Of a stretch of 47,445 nucleotides of DNA, positions 1 to 9,000 are shown piece by piece. Location: IMG/VR virus record IMGVR_UViG_3300042923_001771, positions 128,001-175,445 of that record; one strand, given 5' to 3'. Source of the stretch: a virus (lineage: Duplodnaviria; Heunggongvirae; Uroviricota; Caudoviricetes). The position numbers and the translations under genes were made by a program. Within the stretch, counting starts at the first letter, position 1; each line of letters begins with the position of its first letter. The notes below the pieces were generated by a model. It ran no database searches. It saw nothing but the letters and a program-made list of their open reading frames with translations, and had not been told where the DNA came from.

Positions 1-681
1 GTCATACAAATAACGGAAGTCTAATTCATCAAATTTAACTCCAGTTATAGAATCTAGCTGAATTGGACCATAGTGAATGCACTGATTGGAATCTTTTAGT
101 GTTTGTTTCCAAGGAAGTTCAGGATTATTCTTATTTACATATCCATCATCCAAATCTGGTCCTAGAGCGTCTGTATCACACTCTATCTTGAATTCAGTGT
201 TCCAAGCTGGAAGTTGCGCCCATGGTCTATTTTCCCATCTATTACTTCTATACATACTTCTGTCAGGTCTGCCTGAGAGATAAATACCGTCAGATCCAGA
301 AGGAGTAATGGTTTCAAGAATGTCAAGTTGGTCATCATTCATAACTTGTTCGTAATCGTCTGGATGTTCAACCTTAATTTGGTCAACTATATCATTTATT
401 TGTTTTTTTAATTCTTTTGTAGTATCAACACCAGAGTATTCACTATTCATATCATCAAAAAGGCGTTTTATCGGATATGTTTTCATTTGATCAGGTGTGT
501 GCACTGAAGGTTTAAATACATCTCTGTATGGTTCTGCTTCTCCAGTTCCATATGAAACCCTATCAACATAAGTTCCTGGAACTATTTGACCGTCGTCAAC
601 TATCATTGTAAATAATTGACTATTTGTTACGTGATAAAGGTTTATTTTTTCCCATGCTTTTTTCTTAAGCAATCGTTTCAT
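1..681 (-). CDS. ADP-ribosyltransferase-fold-like protein, paralog of 27642..28619; runs off the window edge and is absent from the ORF track
   Basis: Manual translation from ATG at 681 is open to position 1: MKRLLKKKAWEKINLYHVTNSQ...SDGIYLSG...FKIECDTDALGPDLDDG...PWKQTLKDSNQCIHYGPIQLDSITGVKF. RBS AAGAGG upstream. LYHxT plus GIYLS resemble ART strands 1 and 2. Confidence 0.75.
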   Translation of the reverse strand, partial: MKRLLKKKAWEKINLYHVTNSQLFTMIVDDGQIVPGTYVDRVSYGTGEAEPYRDVFKPSVHTPDQMKTYPIKRLFDDMNSEYSGVDTTKELKKQINDIVDQIKVEHPDDYEQVMNDDQLDILETITPSGSDGIYLSGRPDRSMYRSNRWENRPWAQLPAWNTEFKIECDTDALGPDLDDGYVNKNNPELPWKQTLKDSNQCIHYGPIQLDSITGVKFDELDFRYLYD

Positions 682-700
682 AATAACACCAACCTCTTTT

Positions 701-1204
701 TTAATTTTGCCATCCTCTTTTAGAAGCATCGTAATTTCCTTCTCCCAAGCCAAATCGACTGACTTGTCTTTGAGAATTACCCATGTATTGAATTTCGACA
801 GGTACAGAAGTTAAACCTAATTGTATTGCTGCTTCTCTACGATGATTTCCTTCACTAATTTTAGCGGTTCCATCTTTTTCAACTACAACGTGAAGTGGGT
901 TTTGAATGCCGTTTGCTTTAATATCTTCCAAGAATCTATTCCACTTATCTTCTCTATAATCGCCAAAGTAATTATACGTCTGTCCGTCTTTAGGGTTAGT
1001 CCATTTTTCCCATTGTCTTTGTTCACCATTGCGTCCGGGTAAATCAAGAATATCTGCTAAATCAATTTCTCCTTGTTGAATTGCTGTAGTTGTCGTTGGA
1101 CCCGCTTCGTAACTACTATTTGGACCTTCATCTATATGAAGTTTTGGTAAACCTACCCATCCAGCCTTTTTAATAAAGTTAGCAACTTTTTTTAATCTGC
1201 TCAT
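701..1204 (-). CDS. ParB/sulfiredoxin N-terminal-like domain protein
   Basis: LEDIKANGIQNPLHV...ISEGNHRREAAIQLGLTSVPV is the ParB/Srx GxHR motif; strong RBS AAGGGGG. Confidence 0.8.
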   Translation of the reverse strand: MSRLKKVANFIKKAGWVGLPKLHIDEGPNSSYEAGPTTTTAIQQGEIDLADILDLPGRNGEQRQWEKWTNPKDGQTYNYFGDYREDKWNRFLEDIKANGIQNPLHVVVEKDGTAKISEGNHRREAAIQLGLTSVPVEIQYMGNSQRQVSRFGLGEGNYDASKRGWQN

Positions 1205-1274
1205 TTTTCTTCCCCCTTATTTCTATCCTTTTAATAAATAATGAAAACAGTTGCTAATAATTACATTATGCAAT

Positions 1275-1297
1275 AAAAAAAGAGTGATTTCTCACTC
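1275..1297 (-). terminator. Intrinsic terminator
   Basis: GAGTGA-4nt-TCACTC hairpin followed by a T-run on the minus strand, after ORF 1301..1714. Confidence 0.6.
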
Positions 1298-1300
1298 CTC

Positions 1301-1714
1301 TTACTTTGGTAAAAAGTTTTTAAATACCTCAAAAATGGTTTCCACTTGATTTGATTCATTAAGTTCAAATCTATAGTGATGCCCATATTTATGTTTTGAT
1401 TTTTTGTATTTTGGTATTCCAGCTGCTAAGAGTTGACTTCTCATCTTATGACCATCGAGTGACCAGTTACCGATAGAAAGATGTAATGCGCTTTTATCGA
1501 TTTCTTCATCTTTCCCTCTGAGATAAAGTTTAATTGAATTAACAGGACAATTGTTATCAAATTCATATCTCACTAGAATTGTGTTGTCATTTATTTTCAT
1601 AACATCTTTATCGATTTCTTGTCCAGTTAGAATATGAATTACAAATTGTGAATCAATATAGTCTATTACGTGTTCATGTTTATTTGCAATTTCGTTTATA
1701 TCCAAGCTTTTCAC
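1301..1714 (-). CDS. Hypothetical protein
   Basis: 137-aa ORF with GAGAGG RBS-like sequence and a downstream terminator. Confidence 0.65.
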   Translation of the reverse strand: MKSLDINEIANKHEHVIDYIDSQFVIHILTGQEIDKDVMKINDNTILVRYEFDNNCPVNSIKLYLRGKDEEIDKSALHLSIGNWSLDGHKMRSQLLAAGIPKYKKSKHKYGHHYRFELNESNQVETIFEVFKNFLPK

Positions 1715-1755
1715 CTCTCTTATATTATAATTAAAAGATAAAGTTTTATAAACAG

Positions 1756-1784
1756 TTTACAAAAACACAAGATTGTGATATAAT
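1756..1784 (+). promoter_or_regulatory. SigA-type (early-like) promoter, class I
   Basis: TTTACA-N17-TATAAT with extended TG, followed by ATAAGG; recurrent in the window. Confidence 0.8.
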
Positions 1785-1807
1785 ATTCTTATAAGGAGGT
1801 ATTGAAC

Positions 1808-2383
1808 ATGCGACTTAGAACTCCAGAATTTATTGATATAGATAAAAAATTATTTAACAAATATCCTGTAAAATTTCCATTAAAGGATCGTGTTAGTATT
1901 ATTCATGGTCTTAATGGTACTGGTAAAACAAAAACTTTAGAAGTACTTGTAGAGTACTTTAAGGAGCAGGGTGAACATGTAATTTATTTTCCATCTGATA
2001 GAGTTTTTAGTTTTGATATAGATGAAGTTGAAGCTCTTGAAGTTATGTGGGCTATGACTGATGAACAAAACATATTGAAGAAATACGGATTTCATATTTA
2101 CCCTTGGGATATTAATGATATGAAAGGGCAATATATTGACTCTGGAATGTTGCAACTTATTAATTTATTTGGAACATTGGCTTTTCTCGATAAACCTTCA
2201 GTGATAATAATTGATACGCTTGAAAGAAGTTTGCACGCAGTTATAAGAAGATCAATTCTTAAAGATTTGATGGCTGTTCCTAAAATTCACAAACTAATAG
2301 TAACTTCTTATTCTCCTGAAGTTTACAGAGATTTTGAAGATTTCACAATTAATATTAGAGAATGCGTTCAATTAGGAAGTTAA
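1808..2383 (+). CDS. Minimal ABC/AAA_21-like ATPase with degenerate Walker B and H-loop
   Basis: Walker A HGLNGTGKT; YFPSDR; DSG signature remnant; IIIDTLERSLH (consensus IDEPExxLH); IVTSYSP (consensus THSP). ATG at 1808 fits the RBS better than 1802. Confidence 0.7.
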   Translation: MRLRTPEFIDIDKKLFNKYPVKFPLKDRVSIIHGLNGTGKTKTLEVLVEYFKEQGEHVIYFPSDRVFSFDIDEVEALEVMWAMTDEQNILKKYGFHIYPWDINDMKGQYIDSGMLQLINLFGTLAFLDKPSVIIIDTLERSLHAVIRRSILKDLMAVPKIHKLIVTSYSPEVYRDFEDFTINIRECVQLGS

Positions 2384-2432
2384 ATTAGCACTATTTACTA
2401 TATATAATACTCTCAATAAGGAGGGTGTTATA

Positions 2433-2786
2433 TTGGACGGATCGCATTATACTCTAAGATTATTTACTCATCAAAATCTTAGCAACCCACAAAATGGAGA
2501 TGCTTATATAAATTACCATGGTGAGTTAGAGATTTACCACAACTACCGTTGGAATAAAATGGTTTCACAACAAAACTTTTATAGCATGTTAAGTGCATCA
2601 CCCGTTAAGCCACCACCAATGAGTCATGAAATTTGGAGTAGAAATTTCAGTAAAAATCTAGATCAAATAGTTGAAGCTCTGATATTATTAATGATTAGAA
2701 ATGGCACGTTAGAAAATGTTCAAGAATTTAAAGATTTATTGGATTCAAAAAAAGTAGCAGAAGAACTAACTCAATATGAAAAATAA
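2433..2786 (+). CDS. Hypothetical protein, paralog of 22582..22878
   Basis: Shared PQxGDxY...HNxxW and LxLxIR...VxEFKxxxxxxKxAxEL; RBS AAGGAGG. Confidence 0.75.
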   Translation: MDGSHYTLRLFTHQNLSNPQNGDAYINYHGELEIYHNYRWNKMVSQQNFYSMLSASPVKPPPMSHEIWSRNFSKNLDQIVEALILLMIRNGTLENVQEFKDLLDSKKVAEELTQYEK

Positions 2787-2791
2787 TTAAA

Positions 2792-2820
2792 AGAGAGTGA
2801 TTAAATCGCTCTCTTTTTTT
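2792..2820 (+). terminator. Intrinsic terminator
   Basis: AGAGAGTGAT-TAA-ATCGCTCTCT plus T-run. Confidence 0.7.
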
Positions 2821-2860
2821 ATTGTAATAACGTTTAATTGAACTAACGGGAGGATTGAAA

Positions 2861-3838
2861 ATGAAACGTCTTGCAAAATTAAAAACAGAAGTAACAAGTG
2901 ATGAATTTTCATTAAGAGTTTTAGCATTTGATGACGAATCTGAAATGCCAGAAGAGCCCGTAATGTGGCTTGATGCGACGCTTGAATATGAAAACGAACA
3001 TCCATCTTATTATGAATCAGAAGAAGAAATTGAGTACTACAATGAACAAGAACATGACAAAGGAAAACTCAAATCTATTTATGTAAGTGTAATTGATTTT
3101 GACAATAAATTGTATTTTGCGATGCCTGAAGCTAGACAAAGAGCTTGTGGTTCTACTCTTATAAAAAAATTTATAAGATACTACACTCAACATTATGGTA
3201 AAAATACAGACAATTGGGTTCCTGTACATGCATCATTTGCAAATTACGATCTCCAAGAACAATTTAAAAATGCTGTAGATGCAGGGATTTTTCCTCCGCA
3301 ATCAAAAGATATGATTATGGAAACAACAGAAGAGAATTATAGAAAACAAAGAACTTACAATTTAGATAATCGTAGATTGTTAAATGAAATGAAAGAAAAC
3401 CCACAGAAATTTTTTGGAAATTTTGAAATTGTTGGAGGCTTCATGATCAACCCTAAGTTTTCACAAATCGAAGAATTAATTACTAGTGTTAGAGATAAAT
3501 ATGGTTTTGAGTTTAAGAATTTTGAGGGCATGATTGAAGATGGCGATCTCACGGTTATGTTACCAACTGCAGGTCATGATTTACCATACGATGCAACAAA
3601 TTTTTATTTTGATCCAGATTCAAAAGTTGTTGTCTTTAGTAATGCTGAATCACCAGATAATATTAAGAGAATAATTCAAGGTAAAGAATCAGTTATGGCG
3701 AGTTTGTTTGACTCAGTAACTGAAATTTGTTTTGGTTGGTTGGGTGGAGATCCTATTACGCCACAAGAGTTTTTCTCGTCACAAGAAAAAACTGCAAGCA
3801 ACATTAGGAGATTATTAAGAAACATAAAGAGAGGGTAA
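2861..3838 (+). CDS. Phage protein, possible GNAT-fold acetyltransferase; paralog of 5033..5968
   Basis: YVSVIDFD...MPEARQRACGSTLIKKF resembles GNAT motif A; extensive identity with the 5033 ORF; ATG at 2861 after GGGAGG. The fold call is tentative. Confidence 0.6.
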   Translation: MKRLAKLKTEVTSDEFSLRVLAFDDESEMPEEPVMWLDATLEYENEHPSYYESEEEIEYYNEQEHDKGKLKSIYVSVIDFDNKLYFAMPEARQRACGSTLIKKFIRYYTQHYGKNTDNWVPVHASFANYDLQEQFKNAVDAGIFPPQSKDMIMETTEENYRKQRTYNLDNRRLLNEMKENPQKFFGNFEIVGGFMINPKFSQIEELITSVRDKYGFEFKNFEGMIEDGDLTVMLPTAGHDLPYDATNFYFDPDSKVVVFSNAESPDNIKRIIQGKESVMASLFDSVTEICFGWLGGDPITPQEFFSSQEKTASNIRRLLRNIKRG

Positions 3839-3870
3839 CTCTCTTTTTTTTGTCATAATCATGATATTAA

Positions 3871-3916
3871 TTTACAAAATATGACAATTAGTTACACAGT
3901 ATTACAAGATATGACA
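3871..3916 (+). promoter_or_regulatory. Array of five 10-bp-phased hexamers upstream of codY
   Basis: TTTACA (3871), ATGACA (3881), GTTACA (3891), ATTACA (3901), ATGACA (3911); inverted TGTCATA at 3851. Confidence 0.5.
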
Positions 3917-3931
3917 CAATTTCTCACACTA

Positions 3932-3962
3932 TGTTAAAAAAATTTTATACTTTTTTAATAAT
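3932..3962 (+). promoter_or_regulatory. Class II recurrent promoter-like element TGTTAAA-N19-ATAAT
   Basis: One of about 9 intergenic copies with identical spacing. Confidence 0.55.
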
Positions 3963-4140
3963 ATAAAATCAAGAAAAACAATAGACTTAAAAACAAGTAT
4001 TGTTGCATTAAGAAAGGAAGCGTAGTTCGTGTTTAATACGCAATAGGGTGAATATTTAAAAAATATATACTAACAGGCCAGATACGTTGCAAAGTACATT
4101 ATAATACAATAATATTAAAAACAACTTGGGGGTTCTCATA

Positions 4141-4830
4141 ATGAATGTAATTGAAAAGGCTAAAACTTTTTCTGCTTTACTACAACAAAGCGGCGCAGAT
4201 GTTGTTGAAACAAATAATATGATTAACGCTTTACACGAAATTACAAATGCAAATGTAACATTTTTAAATACAAATGGAGAAATTAAAAATCAAGATGTGA
4301 AACATCTTGATTTAGATTTTCCATCAAATAATCAAATTAATAGTATTAATGATGTTGAGCAAGTAACGCAATTAGAAAATGGATTTGCAGTTATTGCTCC
4401 AATTTGCAATAATAGTAAACGTCATGGTTCAGTTGTTGTTGTTACTAGAGACTATCCAACACACGAAGATATTGCTTTTTCTAATATTGTTGCATCATTG
4501 ATTGGTAAATCAATCGTTATAACTTCATCAAATGAAGAAGAAGTAGACAATAGAAATAAGATGGCTGCAAGAAATGCACTTAAATCTTTAAGTTTTACTG
4601 AGATTTGTGCAATACAAAGTATCTTTGATGAGCTTCAAGGAAATGAAGGTTTACTAGTAGCTTCAAAAATTGCAGATAGAGTTGGATTCACAAGATCAGT
4701 TATTGTAAATGCTGTACGCAAACTAGAAGGTGCAAGCGTTGTTGAGTCACGTTCTTTAGGTATGAAAGGTACTCATATTAAAATTCTTAATAATCACCTC
4801 TTGCCAGAACTTGCAGCACTAAACAAATAA
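4141..4830 (+). CDS. codY: CodY-like transcriptional regulator with a shortened GAF domain
   Basis: C-terminal EGLLVASKIADRVGFTRSVIVNAVRKLEGASVVESRSLGMKGTHIKILN is the CodY wHTH; N-terminal ALLQQ; about 230 aa versus about 259 in hosts. Confidence 0.93.
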   Translation: MNVIEKAKTFSALLQQSGADVVETNNMINALHEITNANVTFLNTNGEIKNQDVKHLDLDFPSNNQINSINDVEQVTQLENGFAVIAPICNNSKRHGSVVVVTRDYPTHEDIAFSNIVASLIGKSIVITSSNEEEVDNRNKMAARNALKSLSFTEICAIQSIFDELQGNEGLLVASKIADRVGFTRSVIVNAVRKLEGASVVESRSLGMKGTHIKILNNHLLPELAALNK

Positions 4831-4844
4831 TATTTTTATTCAAA

Positions 4845-4876
4845 ATGAGACCAAATTAATTTGGTCTCATTTTTTT
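4845..4876 (+). terminator. Intrinsic terminator after codY
   Basis: ATGAGACCAAAT-TA-ATTTGGTCTCAT plus T-run. Confidence 0.8.
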
Positions 4877-5032
4877 ATACATAACTCTATAGAATGAAAC
4901 ACAGTATTAAAACTCATTTTTAATAGATTATTATTTAGATAAAACATTTTAGCTTAAAAGTTTAAATCTTGATAATAAAAAAGATTACATTTAATATTCT
5001 AAAATAGAAACAAAACACAGGAGGAAAGTGTA

Positions 5033-5968
5033 ATGAGTATTTTTGAAAGAATGGCTGAATTAAAGTCTGACATACTAAATGCAACAGATAGAGATTTAAA
5101 AGTAGTTGTTTATGATACAGAAGCTAAAGATCCAAGTAAGCCAGTAGCGTGGTTAAATGCTAATTTTCAATATGAAGGAAATACTCCAAATCTACTTTAT
5201 GTCGATGTAATTGATTTTGATGATGACGCTCTTTTCAGTATGCCTAAGAATAGAAAGGACATGTGCGGAGCTGTACTTTTGAAGAAATTCATGAGATACT
5301 ATAGAGATAATTTCGGAAAAGACAACAAGAAAGACAACCCGTGGTTACCTGTTGGTGCTAATTTTATCAATTATGAAATACAAGAAAAATTTGACAAATT
5401 ATTAGATTCAGGTATGTTTCCACCACAATCAAATGATCATGTTCAAAGAACTACAAAAGATCAATTTAATAAAGAACTACACTATAATAAAGATAATAGA
5501 GAAATGATGCACAACATAAAGACTAATCCAGGAGATTACTTTACAACATTGCACATTGAAAATAATTATTCAATAAACGATTCTCTTTCTGAGATTAATA
5601 GTGCTTTAGAAAAATTTACGAAGGAATTCCCTGAAGCAGCTGAAAATAGCTATAGGTTTGATATTTTATCTGGGCACATTAAAGATGGTAATGTTTACGT
5701 CATGCTACCAGTAAATGATGAATTACCTTCAGATCAAGAAACCAGTTTTCAATATTATAAGCAAGAGGGAAATTTGTTCTTTGAAAATGCTTTCACATTA
5801 GAAGATGCTAAAAATTTTGTTGGTGATAATAAAGAAAACATCAAGAAATCATTTGATGCAGTTCAAACAATTCAATGCATAAACACAGATAAACTACCAG
5901 TTGGATCTTTATTTAATGACAATACAGAGGCGAGTATGATTAAGAGATTAATTAAACGTTCAAAATAA
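5033..5968 (+). CDS. Phage protein, possible GNAT-fold; paralog of 2861..3838
   Basis: YVDVIDFD...MPKNRKDMCGAVLLKKFMRYY...WLPVGANFINY...GMFPPQS shared with the 2861 ORF; RBS AGGAGG. Confidence 0.6.
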   Translation: MSIFERMAELKSDILNATDRDLKVVVYDTEAKDPSKPVAWLNANFQYEGNTPNLLYVDVIDFDDDALFSMPKNRKDMCGAVLLKKFMRYYRDNFGKDNKKDNPWLPVGANFINYEIQEKFDKLLDSGMFPPQSNDHVQRTTKDQFNKELHYNKDNREMMHNIKTNPGDYFTTLHIENNYSINDSLSEINSALEKFTKEFPEAAENSYRFDILSGHIKDGNVYVMLPVNDELPSDQETSFQYYKQEGNLFFENAFTLEDAKNFVGDNKENIKKSFDAVQTIQCINTDKLPVGSLFNDNTEASMIKRLIKRSK

Positions 5969-6086
5969 AAAAGAGACGATAACAATAGAGTTATCGTCTT
6001 TAGTGCTTTTTCTATTATATCGATTAAGCTACATATTATTTAACATTAGATGCTCTTATTGTGTTTGAAAGGGAGGGAATTATAAG

Positions 6087-9000
6087 ATGGCAAATGAAGA
6101 TTTTAAGTTTGACACAAGTTATAATCCAGACTCAGCTTTTACAAGGGTTAAGTTTGGTGTAAATAGACCAATTTTAGAAACAGAATTAAATGAATTACAA
6201 AAAATCAATGAAGAACGTTTGATGAATTTTATCAGACAAAATTCACCTACTGGTTTTTGGGAAATCGTGAAGAGGGATTTTATTGGTGCCCCTATCGTAT
6301 ACAACCCTAATGGAAAAGAAAATTCAATAGCTATTTCTCCCGCTAGATTGCTTTTAAATGGTTATAACGTTGTTGTTGAGGGTAACGATACTGTTAATGG
6401 CTTCAGTGGATATACGATTATTGATTTTGGGGAAGCTCCGGATAGCGGGTCCTCATTTTACAATTTTGCGTATTTGGAGTTATGGTTTGAAGAGCTTAAT
6501 TCTCAATCCACTATATATAAAAATGGTTATATTGATGGTGATGCATTACCTAATAATCTAGTTGATGATAGGGTTGGTGGAGAAACATCAAGAAGAGTTG
6601 CATTGAGATACAAATTCAACGTAAAAAATGATGTTGACTTTGATAGATGGCCACAAGGTTTTGGCTTTGAAAACATTTCTGAATACTCACCTATTTATGC
6701 TAGTGGGCCTAATAATGTTTCGATCACTAATCATAAATATCTATTTATCAGTGCTCTAAGTCCAGAATTTAGAAACACAACTTTTTATGGTGACAGTGGT
6801 TTATATGTTGCTGGTAGACCAGATCACCCTAATACCAACGTTGATTTTGGAATACTTGAAAACTATATTTTTGCTATTCCAGTTTTGAGTGTTAAGAGAA
6901 GAAACAAAAATACTTATTCTTCTTCTAATTCAAATGGTGCTGATAAATATATCAATGAAGGTTCTTTAAGTAATAGACCAGATGGTTTATTTTTTAATAG
7001 GATTGACCCAAGAGATGTTAATGACTTAAGAAAAACAGTAACTTTAGGTCAAGTAAATACAACTAAGATGTTGGATCAAAGCCTTAAGAATTTAATGAAT
7101 GGTGCACTTAAAACCAGTAAAAAGGAAACTCTCTTAAGATCTCAATTTGGTGTAGCACCAATTGAATCTTATGAAGATACAAGCTATAATAATAATGCTA
7201 TTTTTCATGTTAAATTCAGAAATCAAAATTTAACTCCAACTATAGGTTTAGTGGGAACTGTCGATGGGACACCAGAGTATCATTTGGCAGCTTCAGGTTA
7301 TGGACTATCATTGGATGGGAATATCGAAGTAAAATATCCAATCAATACATTTTATCAAGAAGCTGGCACAATCGATTTCTTCTTAAAACCATATTGGGAT
7401 GGAGCAGACCAAAACATATCTCAAACTATTTTATCTGTAAGTAACGAGACTGGGTATCCATTGATGCTTTTAAAAAAAATTCAGGGCAAGTTGGTATTAA
7501 GACTTAATTATAGTCAAGACGAGACTTTATCAACATATACAATGGCTTATTTAGATCAAAATCCAATCTATAATAATGAGATTTATCACATTAGATTAAC
7601 TTGGCAATCATCTATTAATGGTAGTGATTCTAAAATCTATATCAACGGTAATCTTGCAGCTTCTGGTATATACATTCACTCTGCATTAGCTCCAAAATAT
7701 ATAACATTAGGTGCAAAGAACGAAAATATCAATTCATACTCTCCGGATTTCGTTGGTTGCGTAATTGATGAATTAGTTATGTATAGTAAAGTACTTGATA
7801 ATGGATTCTTACAATTAAGTAGTGATATTGTAAATGGTGATGCTAGAATTCACTCTTCATTTAATGGTGTTTTAAGTAGTTTTAAAGATAATACAAATAC
7901 TCAGACCACTATTACTCCAGTAACAACTGTTCCGGCAAGTACTAGTTTAACATTATCTGTACCATATGGATTAACTATTGATAGCAGTTCTCCATTAAAT
8001 GTTTACAATCCACAAACTAACGTTTCTTATACTGGGACGTGGGATAATTTTGTTAATAACACAGCAGTATTTACGCCTACAGACCCAGCGACATTCACTG
8101 GAGAAACAATTTGGGTAGTACATGGAGTTACATTGTCTGGTGGATTTGGAATTAAAGATATTCCAACAAAAGTATTGAAGGCTACAATTAATAATGAAGA
8201 AATGTCTTTTGCTAGTACTATGGAAGATAAAAGACAAATTACGCTTGTTAATGCAGATAACACTATAGAAAAAGAGCACAAAGCATTTGACTATAATTCT
8301 GATCGTGATGCTCGATCAGCTTTCGCTAGATTGCTTGAATACAAGTTTATAAGTAATGGTACCAATATTTATGTGTTGCCAGCAACATTATATGGACGTG
8401 CAGTTATTGGTATCAAGAAGGTTGATAAACCATTATCATCTGTATTAAAAAATGCTAATGGTTCATATGAAATTATTTTGATCGAAGAGCTACCATATAA
8501 CGAAACTTTCATTGTAACAGTTGCACTTGGTGGATATGCTTTTGAATATGAAACTTATACAAAATCCCCAATTGTAAACACAATGAGAGCTGCAACTATT
8601 AAAATACCAACTACTGGTAATACTAAGATTTATGCGATTTCAGCTACGGGAGCAATACCAGGGAGCAACATTGTTGATCCTGCTGGTGGTGTAATAGTAT
8701 CCTTCTTAGGTTTGGATGGATATGATGAAGATTACAATTCAGTTGATTTTGGTACTAATGTTTTTGTAACTGGTAGTCAATTCAATTATTTTGCAAATGC
8801 TACAGTTACTGGTATTGGTACTCCAATCATCAATATAAATTTTGTTACAACACCACAGGCTGGTCACTTTATTGAAATTCCAGTGTTAGTAAGTTATCAA
8901 CCAAGAGCTACCGATATAATTTCAGTTTGGTATGATTATGTCCCTTATCAAGGAGTTTTGAATAAGAACATTCAAAAAGATTTGAGACGTTTAACAGATT

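Noticed and set aside
86-283. Short + strand ORF, and the many other short antisense or overlapping ORFs in the track
   Set aside because: They are shadows of longer genes that have RBS and motifs; this one lies antisense to the 1..681 gene
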